Origin: an uncultured Rivularia sp.
GTDB lineage: Bacteria > Cyanobacteriota > Cyanobacteriia > Cyanobacteriales > Nostocaceae
Assembly (NCBI GenBank): GCA_963665115.1
Contig: OY762007.1
Coordinates: 6,048,001-6,112,000, forward strand
DNA length: 64,000 nt
Direction: 5' to 3'
In this document: in pieces, positions 9,640-18,406 of the stretch
How the letters are laid out: each line of letters starts with the position of its first letter
Numbering within the stretch: the stretch's first letter is position 1
Made by a program: the position numbers and the translations under genes
The notes under the pieces: model-generated
The model's database searches: none
Seen by the model: only the letters and a program-made list of their open reading frames with translations
Told to the model about the DNA's origin: nothing

Positions 9640-12600
9640 TTACCCTTGCTGTAAACCTTTCTGCTCTTGGAAAGCACCATGCTCAAAACTTTTCTTCTCA
9701 TCCTCTGTAAAATTGCATACTAAAACTGGTTTTCCTCTTTGTGCCTTGTATAAAGTCCCGCGATGATTTTCCTTCTCATCAACAATCCGCAGCATTTCTG
9801 AAGGTATATGGTGAATAACTCGATATTTACCATCCCCAAAAGTTGCTGTTTGTATTTCCTCATCAGCATTCGCGGGATTTTCTTTTAAACTCGCAAGAGC
9901 CTGTTTTAACATCTGCTTTTCCCATTCTTCGCGTTTTACTGATACGGAAGTTTCTGGAAGAGGTAAAGGAGATAAATTTGAATTATTTTCTTTGGAGGCT
10001 GCTATGTGTGTATTATTCTCAACAGAATTTGTTTCATGAATCGCTTTAACTTCAACTTGTTGAGTTTTTGACTCCTTTATTTGATTTTTATTGCCGATTT
10101 CATTAATCAACTCTCGTAATTCATTCAACTCAATTGCGATAAATTTAGTTCTTTGTCCATTTTGTAACTGGTCGTATTCTAGAGGGAAATTTAATGTATC
10201 TTTGATTCTAGCTGCTGTTTTCTGTTCTGAAACCTTTGTAGGAACAGTAACACAAAAATAAAGTTCTTCAATATTGTCCTTGTTAGCGATACCAATCAAG
10301 CTTTCAACACCAAATTTTTTATCAATCTCCTCAGATAGTTTCTGAAAAACTTCTGGTTCTATATTTTTTTCTTTCAAAAAAGATTCAAAATATTCATTTT
10401 TTATAGGTAATACACCTAAAGATGCTTCCGAGTCATGCAATAAACCTTTGTTCTCTTTCTCGTGATAAATTTCATTGAGAATTTGTTTTAATTCATCTAA
10501 TAAACTTTTTTTATTGTCTGTAACTAGAGGTTCTTCTTTTATCCAAGTTTGAGGATATTGGATTGTTTGGGGGTCAACTTTTATATGAGCAATAGTAGCA
10601 GGTGATGATTCAAGCTTTCCTTCAAACTTAAATCCTTCGATTTGAATACCTCTTGAATTCAATTTTTCACTTAATACTTTGAATGATTCTTTATCAATTA
10701 CTCCCAAAGGTTTATCATCAACTAAAGCAATGGGTTTAACGGAAGAACCAACATTAGAAAGTTTAATTTTTACTATGCCTTGCTCTCCATTCCATTCTCT
10801 TGAAACTGCATCATATTTTTTCAACTGTCCCACTTTCAATTGATTACCTTTGGTACTTGTGATAACAACCGATGCGCTTGGTGGAGAAGTGATTTCTGCA
10901 CTAAAAGAAGTACCGATAGGTAACTGTGCTGATTCGCTACGAAATACCCCCAATTTTTTATCTTCAGCTACTAACCAACGTTTATTTTGTGTTGGATTAG
11001 CAGGGGTCGGGTGCTTGTTCGATAGTACATTCAACTTTTTCACCTACCCATTTACGTCCCAAATGTTCGTTACAGGGTTTATGGGTTCCCACAACTGCGA
11101 ATTCAGTAAATTGCAGTTTTTCTAATCTTCCAATTATTTCTTCTCCAAATACAGCGAATGCAGCTGATGTTTTGTTAAATCCATATTTTGCATCATCTTT
11201 GCTCGTTGTTGAAATCTGCCACATTGCAGCTGCAACTGCTTCTTTTTCTGAGTCAGGAATAGTTTCACGAGTTGTAGTTGCGAATTCTTTTACTTGTTTG
11301 AAAGCTGCTCTAACTTGACTTGATGTCAATCCAGGTTCAATTTTTTTGGTTAAATTTTTGAATTCGGTGAATGGTTTAATACGACCTTGAAATTGCTCTA
11401 AAGAAGTTTCTGAAATATAACCTAAGTGTTTGCGCTGTTGCTGACCGTTGGTTTTTACCTTCGGTTTTCCGCGTTCGTCGAGTACAGGTGCTATAGCTAT
11501 CCATTTGTTATCGACTTTATTGAAGTGATTTTTATTTTCTATTAATGAAATATTAAGTTTTCGATTCTCAAAGATATTTGGATGTTTTTTCTGAGATAAA
11601 CCAACAATTTCTATTTGAAGACCTTTAGGATTAATTGCAACAATTTTTAAACCTGGTGCTTGTTTAACTTCTTTACTAATTTGAATTGCACGACGAATCA
11701 ATGAATCGTATATTTTCTTTATATTAACTGCTTTTTGTTTCTGTGCGGGTGTAAATTCAACTCCATTAAAAAAGTTTTGAAACTGTTGGGTTGAACGCGG
11801 TACAATTGCGCTTTGTGCGAATGCTTCATTGGTTATACTCGCCATTTTATCGATAGCGGAGTGACCTTTGACATTCATTGTCTTTTTAGTATAAATTTCA
11901 TTATTATTTCTATCTTCAACCCACGGAGCAATATCAAAGCTTTTGATAATGTTATTACAGGCATTTACTATTTTTGGGTCGGAGCGATTAGCACTTTTAC
12001 CTCTATCAACTTCGATTTGTAGCTGTCCTCCTAAAGTTCCTACAACATCGTGATAAAATTTACCAATTTTTTCTAAAATATGTTCAATTTTTGATTCGGG
12101 GATTCGAGGTAGACTTTTATTGTGTTGTGGTAGTTTATTTATTTCAGTTTTATTTTGAGCTTCTGGTTGACACAACTGTGCTAATTCAACTATTTGCGTT
12201 CGGAGATTTTCTGGATATTGAATTGGGTGAGTGTGATGGTTTTCGGCTTTTAAAATTTCTACTGCTGCACAAGAAATATCTTTAATGAATTTCTGGGCTT
12301 CTTTCGGTGGAATTGAGATACATTCATTTTCAAGAGCAATTCCTTTCATGCATAAATTAGCAACTATGCCAATTTTATTCTCCATCGCATCTAACGCTAT
12401 TTGCTCAAAAGAACCCTTATATGCTTTTTTCTCTGGCTTAACTATTTCGGAATAACGGTTTTCTTTTAGTTGCTTCTGTTTAATTTCTGCTGTCGTGTGA
12501 GGGAAGTCAGATGATAAGGCGATCGCCATTCTATCTCCGTCACAATCGGATAGCGAATGCTTTAATCCTTGGGGTGACATTTTTATCGTGCCAATATCGT

Positions 12601-14086
12601 GCGGTTCGTTTGGTAAATGACGATTGATATAAACGTCCACCGTGTTGGAATTAGCAGTGGGACCGCGATAAACGGTTAAGGAAGCACCATCTGGGAATTT
12701 AGGGTAACAAACTTCATTTTTCTCTAAATCATGACAAGTTTGCGCCATTGCTGAATCAAATTTGATAAATCTTCCTGTAGCGCAATCCATATACTGTTGT
12801 TTCAAGTGTTCTTGAAGTTTATCTATGATTTTGGGATGCTCCAATAATTGACAATGTTCTTTCAAATCTGCTTTGAGAATGCGATATATCAAGTTTTGCT
12901 CGCAATCATTTGACAAAAACATATCATCAATTAGATTTTCAATATCTCCTAAATCAAAGCTTTCAAAATCAATCAAATCTTCAGATTCTGTCTGAGCTTG
13001 TATTTGATGTTTACATTTAGCATCTATTGAATCGATATAGTCTTGAGCGATTTTTCTGGGGTCATTAGCCATATCTTTGAGTTCTTCCAAACGTCTTTGC
13101 AATCGTGGAAGAACATCACCTTCTACTCCTCTAGGAAAAGAATTCCAAAATTGAGCGCCCGTGGAAGTGATACCGTGATATGCATTGGTCTTGTTTCCAA
13201 TTCCCATCTTCATTAGGTATTCCCCAGGTTTTAGAGGAGTGGGGGAGGGGGTGATGGGGGGAGTGGGGGAATGGGAGAGTGAGGGAGTGAGGGAAGTGGG
13301 AGTGAGGGATTGGTCTACAACAATATTCGTTCTTTCTGTACCTGCTGTATACTCTCGTTCATTCCCTCTCTCTCTCCCTCCCTCCCTCTCTCGCTCTTTC
13401 CCCCTCTCTCCCGCTCTCCCACTCCCCCACTCCTCTTTCTGTACTCGTCCTTTGAGTTGTTCGCTCGAAATTACCAAATCATATCCATTCCCTACCTGAC
13501 TTAAATCCCGTGGCGCAAATGTACCTTTTCCCAATTGCCAAGTTTTATTAATGTCATTATTTTGGTTAAGCCCAGCACGTCTTTCTTTGATACCAAACCG
13601 AGTTTGAAATGGTGTTTCTGGCTCATTACCTAAAGACTTATGTAATACAGCATCTATTTTCCCATCACCATCACCAACTAACTTAATTGCTTCAGAATTT
13701 GGCATCACCCCACCATTCTCACCAGTGTCAGCATCCACAACTAAAACTCGTAAATTTTCTCGTTCAGAAAAACTTTGACAGGGTGTAAACATATTGGAAC
13801 CATATGCAGCACCGAAGTGGGGTTCGTCAAAAATCTTTTCTCGCAATTCCTCATCCATAAAGTAGAAGCGATTATCGGCTGCAAATTGCAGTGTTAATCC
13901 TTCTGTTGTAAATTGTTTGAGGTCTTCTTCTGTTGATAATCCCTGATATACTATTCCCAACTTGAAAGTAGAACTTTGAGCAAAGTATTCTGCCAAGCAG
14001 TGTTCAATTGTTTCTGTAATTGGTTCTCCGTCCGCGATAATTGGTTTACCCGTTTTTGTGCAGAAGTGGGAGAGGGTAATTGCCAT
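9640..14086 (-). CDS. Large single-subunit two-barrel RNA polymerase (cellular RdRP/YonO-like), about 1480 aa, frameshifted near 11005
   Basis: Ordered motifs GDGDGKI, FQTRFG...LGKG, YRGP and catalytic SDCDGD (12533-12547), then GIVAN and EVDRGK; removing one base of the G-run at 11004-11007 joins ORF 10997..14086 to 9640..11043 (EQAPDP-ANPTQNK). Confidence 0.75.
13233..13436. mobile_element. 204-bp MITE-like inverted-repeat element inserted in frame in the polymerase gene
   Basis: Perfect 15-bp terminal inverted repeats AGAGGAGTGGGGGAG (13233-13247) and CTCCCCCACTCCTCT (13422-13436); arms of purine/pyrimidine octamers; length equals 68 codons. Confidence 0.7.
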
Positions 14087-14154
14087 AACCTTCTATGCCT
14101 CAATTCATCAAGTTACCTTCAAATCTAGTTTTTACGGATTGATGCATAGTAGTT

Positions 14155-14184
14155 CTTTAGTGAAGAATATTTCTATCACTAAAG
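14155..14184. promoter_or_regulatory. Palindrome in the divergent intergenic region upstream of the polymerase gene
   Basis: CTTTAGTGA (14155-14163) / TCACTAAAG (14176-14184), with inner AGAA/TTCT pairing. Confidence 0.4.
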
Positions 14185-14263
14185 TAGTATTTTTGTTCTT
14201 AAAGCCTTAGTTTTTGTTTACTATGGGGATTAAGTAACAAACATTCTTTGAGGATATTGAGTT

Positions 14264-14518
14264 ATGGATAGTGCGAAAAAAGTAGTATTACAACCGAATG
14301 TTTGGGATACAGATAATTTGGGAGATTTAGTTGCCGAAGGGGTTTTGGGCAGTGATGATTTGTCTTTACACGGTGTTGTTCAAGCGCAGAATGAAGAATA
14401 CGAGCGTAAGGAGCGAGAATGGCAAGAAGAAAATGAAAAATATTTAAACTCTATTGATTGGGAAAGTAAAGCAGTTAAGTATGAACCAACAAAGGAAGAA
14501 GAGGAGGAAGTTTTTTAA
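14264..14518 (+). CDS. Small acidic hypothetical protein
   Basis: 84-aa ATG ORF with a GAGG RBS; very E/D-rich. Confidence 0.6.
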   Translation: MDSAKKVVLQPNVWDTDNLGDLVAEGVLGSDDLSLHGVVQAQNEEYERKEREWQEENEKYLNSIDWESKAVKYEPTKEEEEEVF

Positions 14519-14648
14519 GAATATAGACAAATTTCAACGAAAAAATATCAAGAGTATTTGGTCTTGGCTTGCTTTTTAGCTTGCATACTACAAAGAAAGC
14601 TAAAGCTTATTTTCAGTACTTGATAAGAAGTAATAACTTAAGAAAAAA

Positions 14649-14663
14649 TCCCCCATCGGGGGA
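14649..14663. terminator. Hairpin between convergent genes, probable terminator for the minus-strand gene
   Basis: TCCCCC-ATC-GGGGGA preceded by an A-run (a U-tract on the minus strand). Confidence 0.5.
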
Positions 14664-14683
14664 AATGTTATTTAAAATCAGCA

Positions 14684-14947
14684 CTACTGCACGGTGATTG
14701 CACGTACCAAAATACTCATTACCTCTCCTGGATTAGAAGTTGGTAACAACGGAGTCCAATCCCGTACATTTGCATAGCCAAGTTGATGTAAAACCTGAAT
14801 TGTCGCTATTACTGCTTTACGGGAGCCAGTTAGTATATGCTTGATTCTTTCTGGTTCCGGAGGTTGAGATATTATAGGCTGAGGACTCACAATAGCTTTT
14901 TGTTGATTTCTCGCATCACTCAGAAAATTTCGATACTCTGATTTCAT
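14684..14947 (-). CDS. Conserved cyanobacterial hypothetical protein
   Basis: 87 aa with an HILTGS..AV..TI..LH.LGYA...DW..L.P...GEVMSIL pattern recalled from small cyanobacterial proteins. Confidence 0.7.
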   Translation of the reverse strand: MKSEYRNFLSDARNQQKAIVSPQPIISQPPEPERIKHILTGSRKAVIATIQVLHQLGYANVRDWTPLLPTSNPGEVMSILVRAITVQ

Positions 14948-14971
14948 TATTTATTCACCGCTATTACGATT

Positions 14972-15241
14972 TCATTTTTGACTCCCCGTGAGGGGTTTTA
15001 CTAGCTGCAAGTATTCAGTTTCGAGGCAATTATTTGTCCTGAAATAAAGTCGAAACGAACCGTCCCCGTATTGCTTTAATCCTTGTTCACAGAAATGAAT
15101 TTATTGTCTTTGAAGCCATTGAATAATGCTTTCGTAATTATCAGTTAAGAAAAGTGCAGGAAAATAAATTCGTCCGGTTTTAACTCCAGTTTTTGGGTGA
15201 GTAAATATTTGAAATTGCGGCTCGCTTAAAACTTCAGCCAT
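14972..15241 (-). pseudogene. Hypothetical gene with an in-frame premature TAA at 15101-15103
   Basis: MAEVLSEPQF...WLQRQ*IHFCEQGLKQYGDGSFRLYFRT...LTGSQK*; the frame stays open for 42 more codons after the stop. Confidence 0.55.
14984..14995 (-). promoter_or_regulatory. Mini-hairpin CCCC-GTGA-GGGG, putative hairpin promoter 1
   Basis: 36 nt upstream of the 14947 ATG; same architecture as 16620 and 17347. Confidence 0.5.
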
Positions 15242-15329
15242 TACTATTACTTTGTGAAAATACTTTGAATAATTTTGAAAGCTTGTGATAGATAAATTGA
15301 AGTACCTTGACACAAGATTTCCTAAAAGA

Positions 15330-16067
15330 TTAATTAGATAGTGACTCGGAATATTTCACGAAATTCGAGATTTTCCAGTTCAAACCATGCACTTTATCAG
15401 CAATATTTGGCTTAGAAGAATTGCCATCACATAGCATACAAAATTCACATTTTATAATGTCATTTTCAGTGTGACGACAAAGGATTTCGTTATCACTTAA
15501 AGGTGCATCGGGAGCCATAATCCTAAAAGTTCTCCAGCCTTTACTTTGAGCAATACGAGCTTCCGATTCGCTTTGTACTGAAGCCATCAAATATGTTTGC
15601 CAGCGTTTGTCGCAGTCATTGCGAAACCATTGATGTGTGTAGCCAGTATATCCAACAGATGCAGAAATAATCGGTTCCCAGACATCGAATGGTACTGCTG
15701 TAGGGTCGCCATATGAACCAATTCTGATAGGATAACGATAATACTTTAAAAGTTCTATTTCATTTTTGCTGAGTTTTGAGTAAGTACCTGCTACATATTT
15801 TCGGTACATATTATTTATTGGAGCGAGATTGACATAGCAGCTTCCTGTTTTGCTCAATTTTAAACTACAAGAGCCACAAATACCTCGATCCAAACCTTGC
15901 TTTGCAGCAAAAGTGGGAACGAATTCTTGTTGTAAAACCCAGCTTTGAATCATCCTTCCGGTTTTGCGATTTGAACTAGGAGAAACAAAGCCTGTCAAAA
16001 TCAGAACTATAGGAGAACCGTCAATTAAAGATGCCCCTTCCCAAACTATATAACTATTTTTCAACAT
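15330..16067 (-). CDS. Cys-rich phage/plasmid protein, possibly Fe-S binding (Gp88/DUF7227-like)
   Basis: SNRKTG, CGSC...GSCYV, IRIGSYGDP, GYTHQW, LMASV, GWRTFR and C-terminal C..C.LCDG motifs; family assigned from recall. Confidence 0.6.
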   Translation of the reverse strand: MLKNSYIVWEGASLIDGSPIVLILTGFVSPSSNRKTGRMIQSWVLQQEFVPTFAAKQGLDRGICGSCSLKLSKTGSCYVNLAPINNMYRKYVAGTYSKLSKNEIELLKYYRYPIRIGSYGDPTAVPFDVWEPIISASVGYTGYTHQWFRNDCDKRWQTYLMASVQSESEARIAQSKGWRTFRIMAPDAPLSDNEILCRHTENDIIKCEFCMLCDGNSSKPNIADKVHGLNWKISNFVKYSESLSN

Positions 16068-16152
16068 ATTAATAGCGGACAAATATTTTGATTTTTCTGA
16101 AGCGAAAAGTATTTGAAATGATGATGTATGTGAAATAATCTACGACACCAAA

Positions 16153-16182
16153 AAGGGGAATAAAATCAACTTTATTCCCCTT
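16153..16182 (-). terminator. Rho-independent terminator after the 16207..16584 gene
   Basis: AAGGGGAATAAA-N6-TTTATTCCCCTT stem followed by a T-run on the minus strand. Confidence 0.7.
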
Positions 16183-16206
16183 GAATTCTGGTTTATAATT
16201 TCAGTA

Positions 16207-16584
16207 TTAATTCTCGGCTTTCATTTGAGGATTAACACTTGCATTTACCCTCTGGGCATATTCCCTCCTGCGCTGCCAAGATAATTCGTTTAGTACTACT
16301 AAATCTTCCTTAGTTTTACCAAATTTACGATTAGCGAATTCAAGCAGTTGTTCAAGGGAATAGCGCTTTTCTTCTACTTTTCCAAAATCAGTTGCGAAGC
16401 GCTCTTTAAATACATCCCAATTAAAGTTTTGAAAACTGTTTTTAGCAAGAAGTCCGCATAAAGACCGTATGGAATAGTAGACTTTAGAGTAAAGTCTTTC
16501 TGAGTAATCGCTAACTGAATACTCGCCTAAAACGGAATCATCGATTGCTTGAAAGTTTGGTGCAGAGGATTTACGTGTAGCCAT
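16207..16584 (-). CDS. Hypothetical protein
   Basis: 125-aa ATG ORF with an AGGAG RBS and a downstream terminator. Confidence 0.7.
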   Translation of the reverse strand: MATRKSSAPNFQAIDDSVLGEYSVSDYSERLYSKVYYSIRSLCGLLAKNSFQNFNWDVFKERFATDFGKVEEKRYSLEQLLEFANRKFGKTKEDLVVLNELSWQRRREYAQRVNASVNPQMKAEN

Positions 16585-16619
16585 AAGACAGATATCTCCT
16601 AAATTTTCATTGCTCTATT

Positions 16620-16631
16620 GGGCGTAAGCCC
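16620..16631 (-). promoter_or_regulatory. Mini-hairpin GGGC-GTAA-GCCC, putative hairpin promoter 2
   Basis: Intergenic, 35 nt upstream of the 16584 ATG. Confidence 0.55.
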
Positions 16632-16671
16632 TCTTTCTATTGGATTATTTCAGTACGTTAAGTTTCGGTAA

Positions 16672-16917
16672 TCAGCACCAAGATGAATCGTGATAATCTG
16701 CCATTAAATCCTTGATTTCACAGTTGTGCTGATAATCAATTTCTAACTGTTGAAAGTCTGTATCTAATGCTAGATTTTTCAATTCTTGTATCATTTCTTT
16801 AACATGATTTTCATCACTGATACCTGAGTAGTAAACTTTGATAAATTTGTCAGCTTTAGTCATGAATTGTTCTAGATTTGTGACGAAACCCTGTTCTGTT
16901 TCAATTGCTTGAATCAT
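16672..16917 (-). CDS. Small acidic hypothetical protein
   Basis: 81-aa ATG ORF with an AGGAG RBS. Confidence 0.65.
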   Translation of the reverse strand: MIQAIETEQGFVTNLEQFMTKADKFIKVYYSGISDENHVKEMIQELKNLALDTDFQQLEIDYQHNCEIKDLMADYHDSSWC

Positions 16918-16947
16918 GATTTTCTCCTATAAACTATTTGAAGCGAT

Positions 16948-17310
16948 TTAGTATTCGTTTGGAAGCATGAGGACTTTTTCAACCAGATAGAGCTTGATAT
17001 GATTCAATGGAAAATCTGTATATTCAATTTCTTGCCGTAATACTTCTTGATTCGTATCCCATTCGCATATCAAAATTCCGGAATTATCTTGAACTTGTAA
17101 ATGCCAAATTTGAAATTCTCGGAGTTTTGGATTCGATAGGAATTGTTTCGTTTGATGTGAAGCGATTGCATCTAATAACCAATAGCAGTTAGCTTCTTGC
17201 GCTAGGTATTGGATTCCTTCAGTGTATTTTAAGCCGAGCCAGTGTTTGTAGAGAGTGACTGAACCATAAAATTGTTTTAGCTCGATGGTTATTTCTTGTG
17301 AAGTTTTCAT
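16948..17310 (-). CDS. DUF6876-like plasmid/phage protein
   Basis: F.GS...YKH...YTEG..YLA....YWLLDAIAS...QEIEYTDFPL..IKLY.....LMLPNEY pattern; family assigned from recall. Confidence 0.7.
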   Translation of the reverse strand: MKTSQEITIELKQFYGSVTLYKHWLGLKYTEGIQYLAQEANCYWLLDAIASHQTKQFLSNPKLREFQIWHLQVQDNSGILICEWDTNQEVLRQEIEYTDFPLNHIKLYLVEKVLMLPNEY

Positions 17311-17346
17311 TTTTTCAAAATCATTTTACGAACTTCACAACTTCAT

Positions 17347-17358
17347 CGGCGTGAGCCG
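17347..17358 (-). promoter_or_regulatory. Mini-hairpin CGGC-GTGA-GCCG, putative hairpin promoter 3
   Basis: Intergenic, 36 nt upstream of the 17310 ATG. Confidence 0.55.
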
Positions 17359-17749
17359 TAAAACGATAACTGCTGATAATAGATGCCAGCAGTTAAAAGA
17401 TTTTAAAAATCTTTTATGAAAACATTTTTTTTATTTAATATATTTTTTTATAAACTAAAATAAATTTCGATGGCTATAGATAGTTAAATGATGATGTTTT
17501 GTCAGATAGAGACTTTTTTCTCATCGTGGTAGTTCAATACCTTTAATTATATTTTCGGACGATTTTGAACGTACAAATTTTATCAATTATTTATCTCAAA
17601 ATCCAAAATTATTGAATGACTACGACCAAAAAGTTATACATCAAGATATTAGCGAGAAAGATTCTAAAGTGGTAAATTTCTGCTATCGAGTCAAACATTT
17701 GTACGAGCAATGGAAAATAACATGAATCTTACACGTACCTAATTTCATA

Positions 17750-17890
17750 TTACTCAAGCTCGTCGGGAAAAAACGCTGCGTCTGCTGTTTCCACTGTACT
17801 TACAACTAAGGCTCTATCCAGAAATTCATTACGACGTTCCCAAGATGTTTCAGCTATTAGCAAGCAACCATGACAAGCACAACTCTTCAA
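17750..17890 (-). pseudogene. drmB: C-terminal remnant of DISARM DrmB (DUF1998)
   Basis: Manual translation LKSCACHGCLLIAETSWERRNEFLDRALVVSTVETADAAFFPDELE* matches the DrmB C-terminal ACHxC...ETSC..xN..LDR motif, with the last Cys replaced by Trp. Confidence 0.7.
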
Positions 17891-17960
17891 TAAATTTTAC
17901 TTACCTCCAATTTAATTATGGATAATGCCTCATGATTAATTTTGAAGTAAAGTTAGATGA

Positions 17961-18180
17961 GAAGGGAGAAGGAAGAGGGCAGAGGGCAGAAGGGAACCCT
18001 ATAAGTAAATTTAAGGGTTTCAAACAAGGACACCTTTTTTCTTGTACTACGTATCCCGAAAAAAATATTGTGAGTTTTGTCACAAATAAATAATGGTGCC
18101 TTTTAACCCGATAACAGAGGGCGAAAAACTATTTATTATTTATTCCTTCTGCCTACTGCCTACTTCCCTCTGCCTTTCCT
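17961..18180. mobile_element. About 220-bp element with inverted GGCAGAG-type heptamer arms (MITE-like)
   Basis: Left arm GGAAGAGGGCAGAGGGCAGAAGG; right arm CCTTCTGCCTACTGCCTACTTCCCTCTGCC; unique core between them. Confidence 0.6.
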
Positions 18181-18406
18181 TGGTAACGTTTGATAAACTT
18201 GAGTAAACTTTTAGCTAGCTAAAGCTAACTTTTAATAATTTTTGCTTCTATAGATAGATATACTGTCCGACCCTAGACTAAAGAATATAAGTATACTGAA
18301 CTTTAGTTAGATTTAACTGATGAACATTTTTAATATTTTTATGTTCAGAAGTTCATGCAAATAACTTTCATTAATCTGAATAAAATTATTAGTAGGTGTA
18401 TATACA

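Noticed and set aside
13233..13436. Insertion in the polymerase as an intein or self-splicing intron
   Set aside because: No C/S...HN intein ends and too short and low-complexity for a group I/II intron
13185..13504. Plus-strand ORFs of 104 and 64 aa
   Set aside because: Antisense to the polymerase; open only because of the low-complexity repeat element
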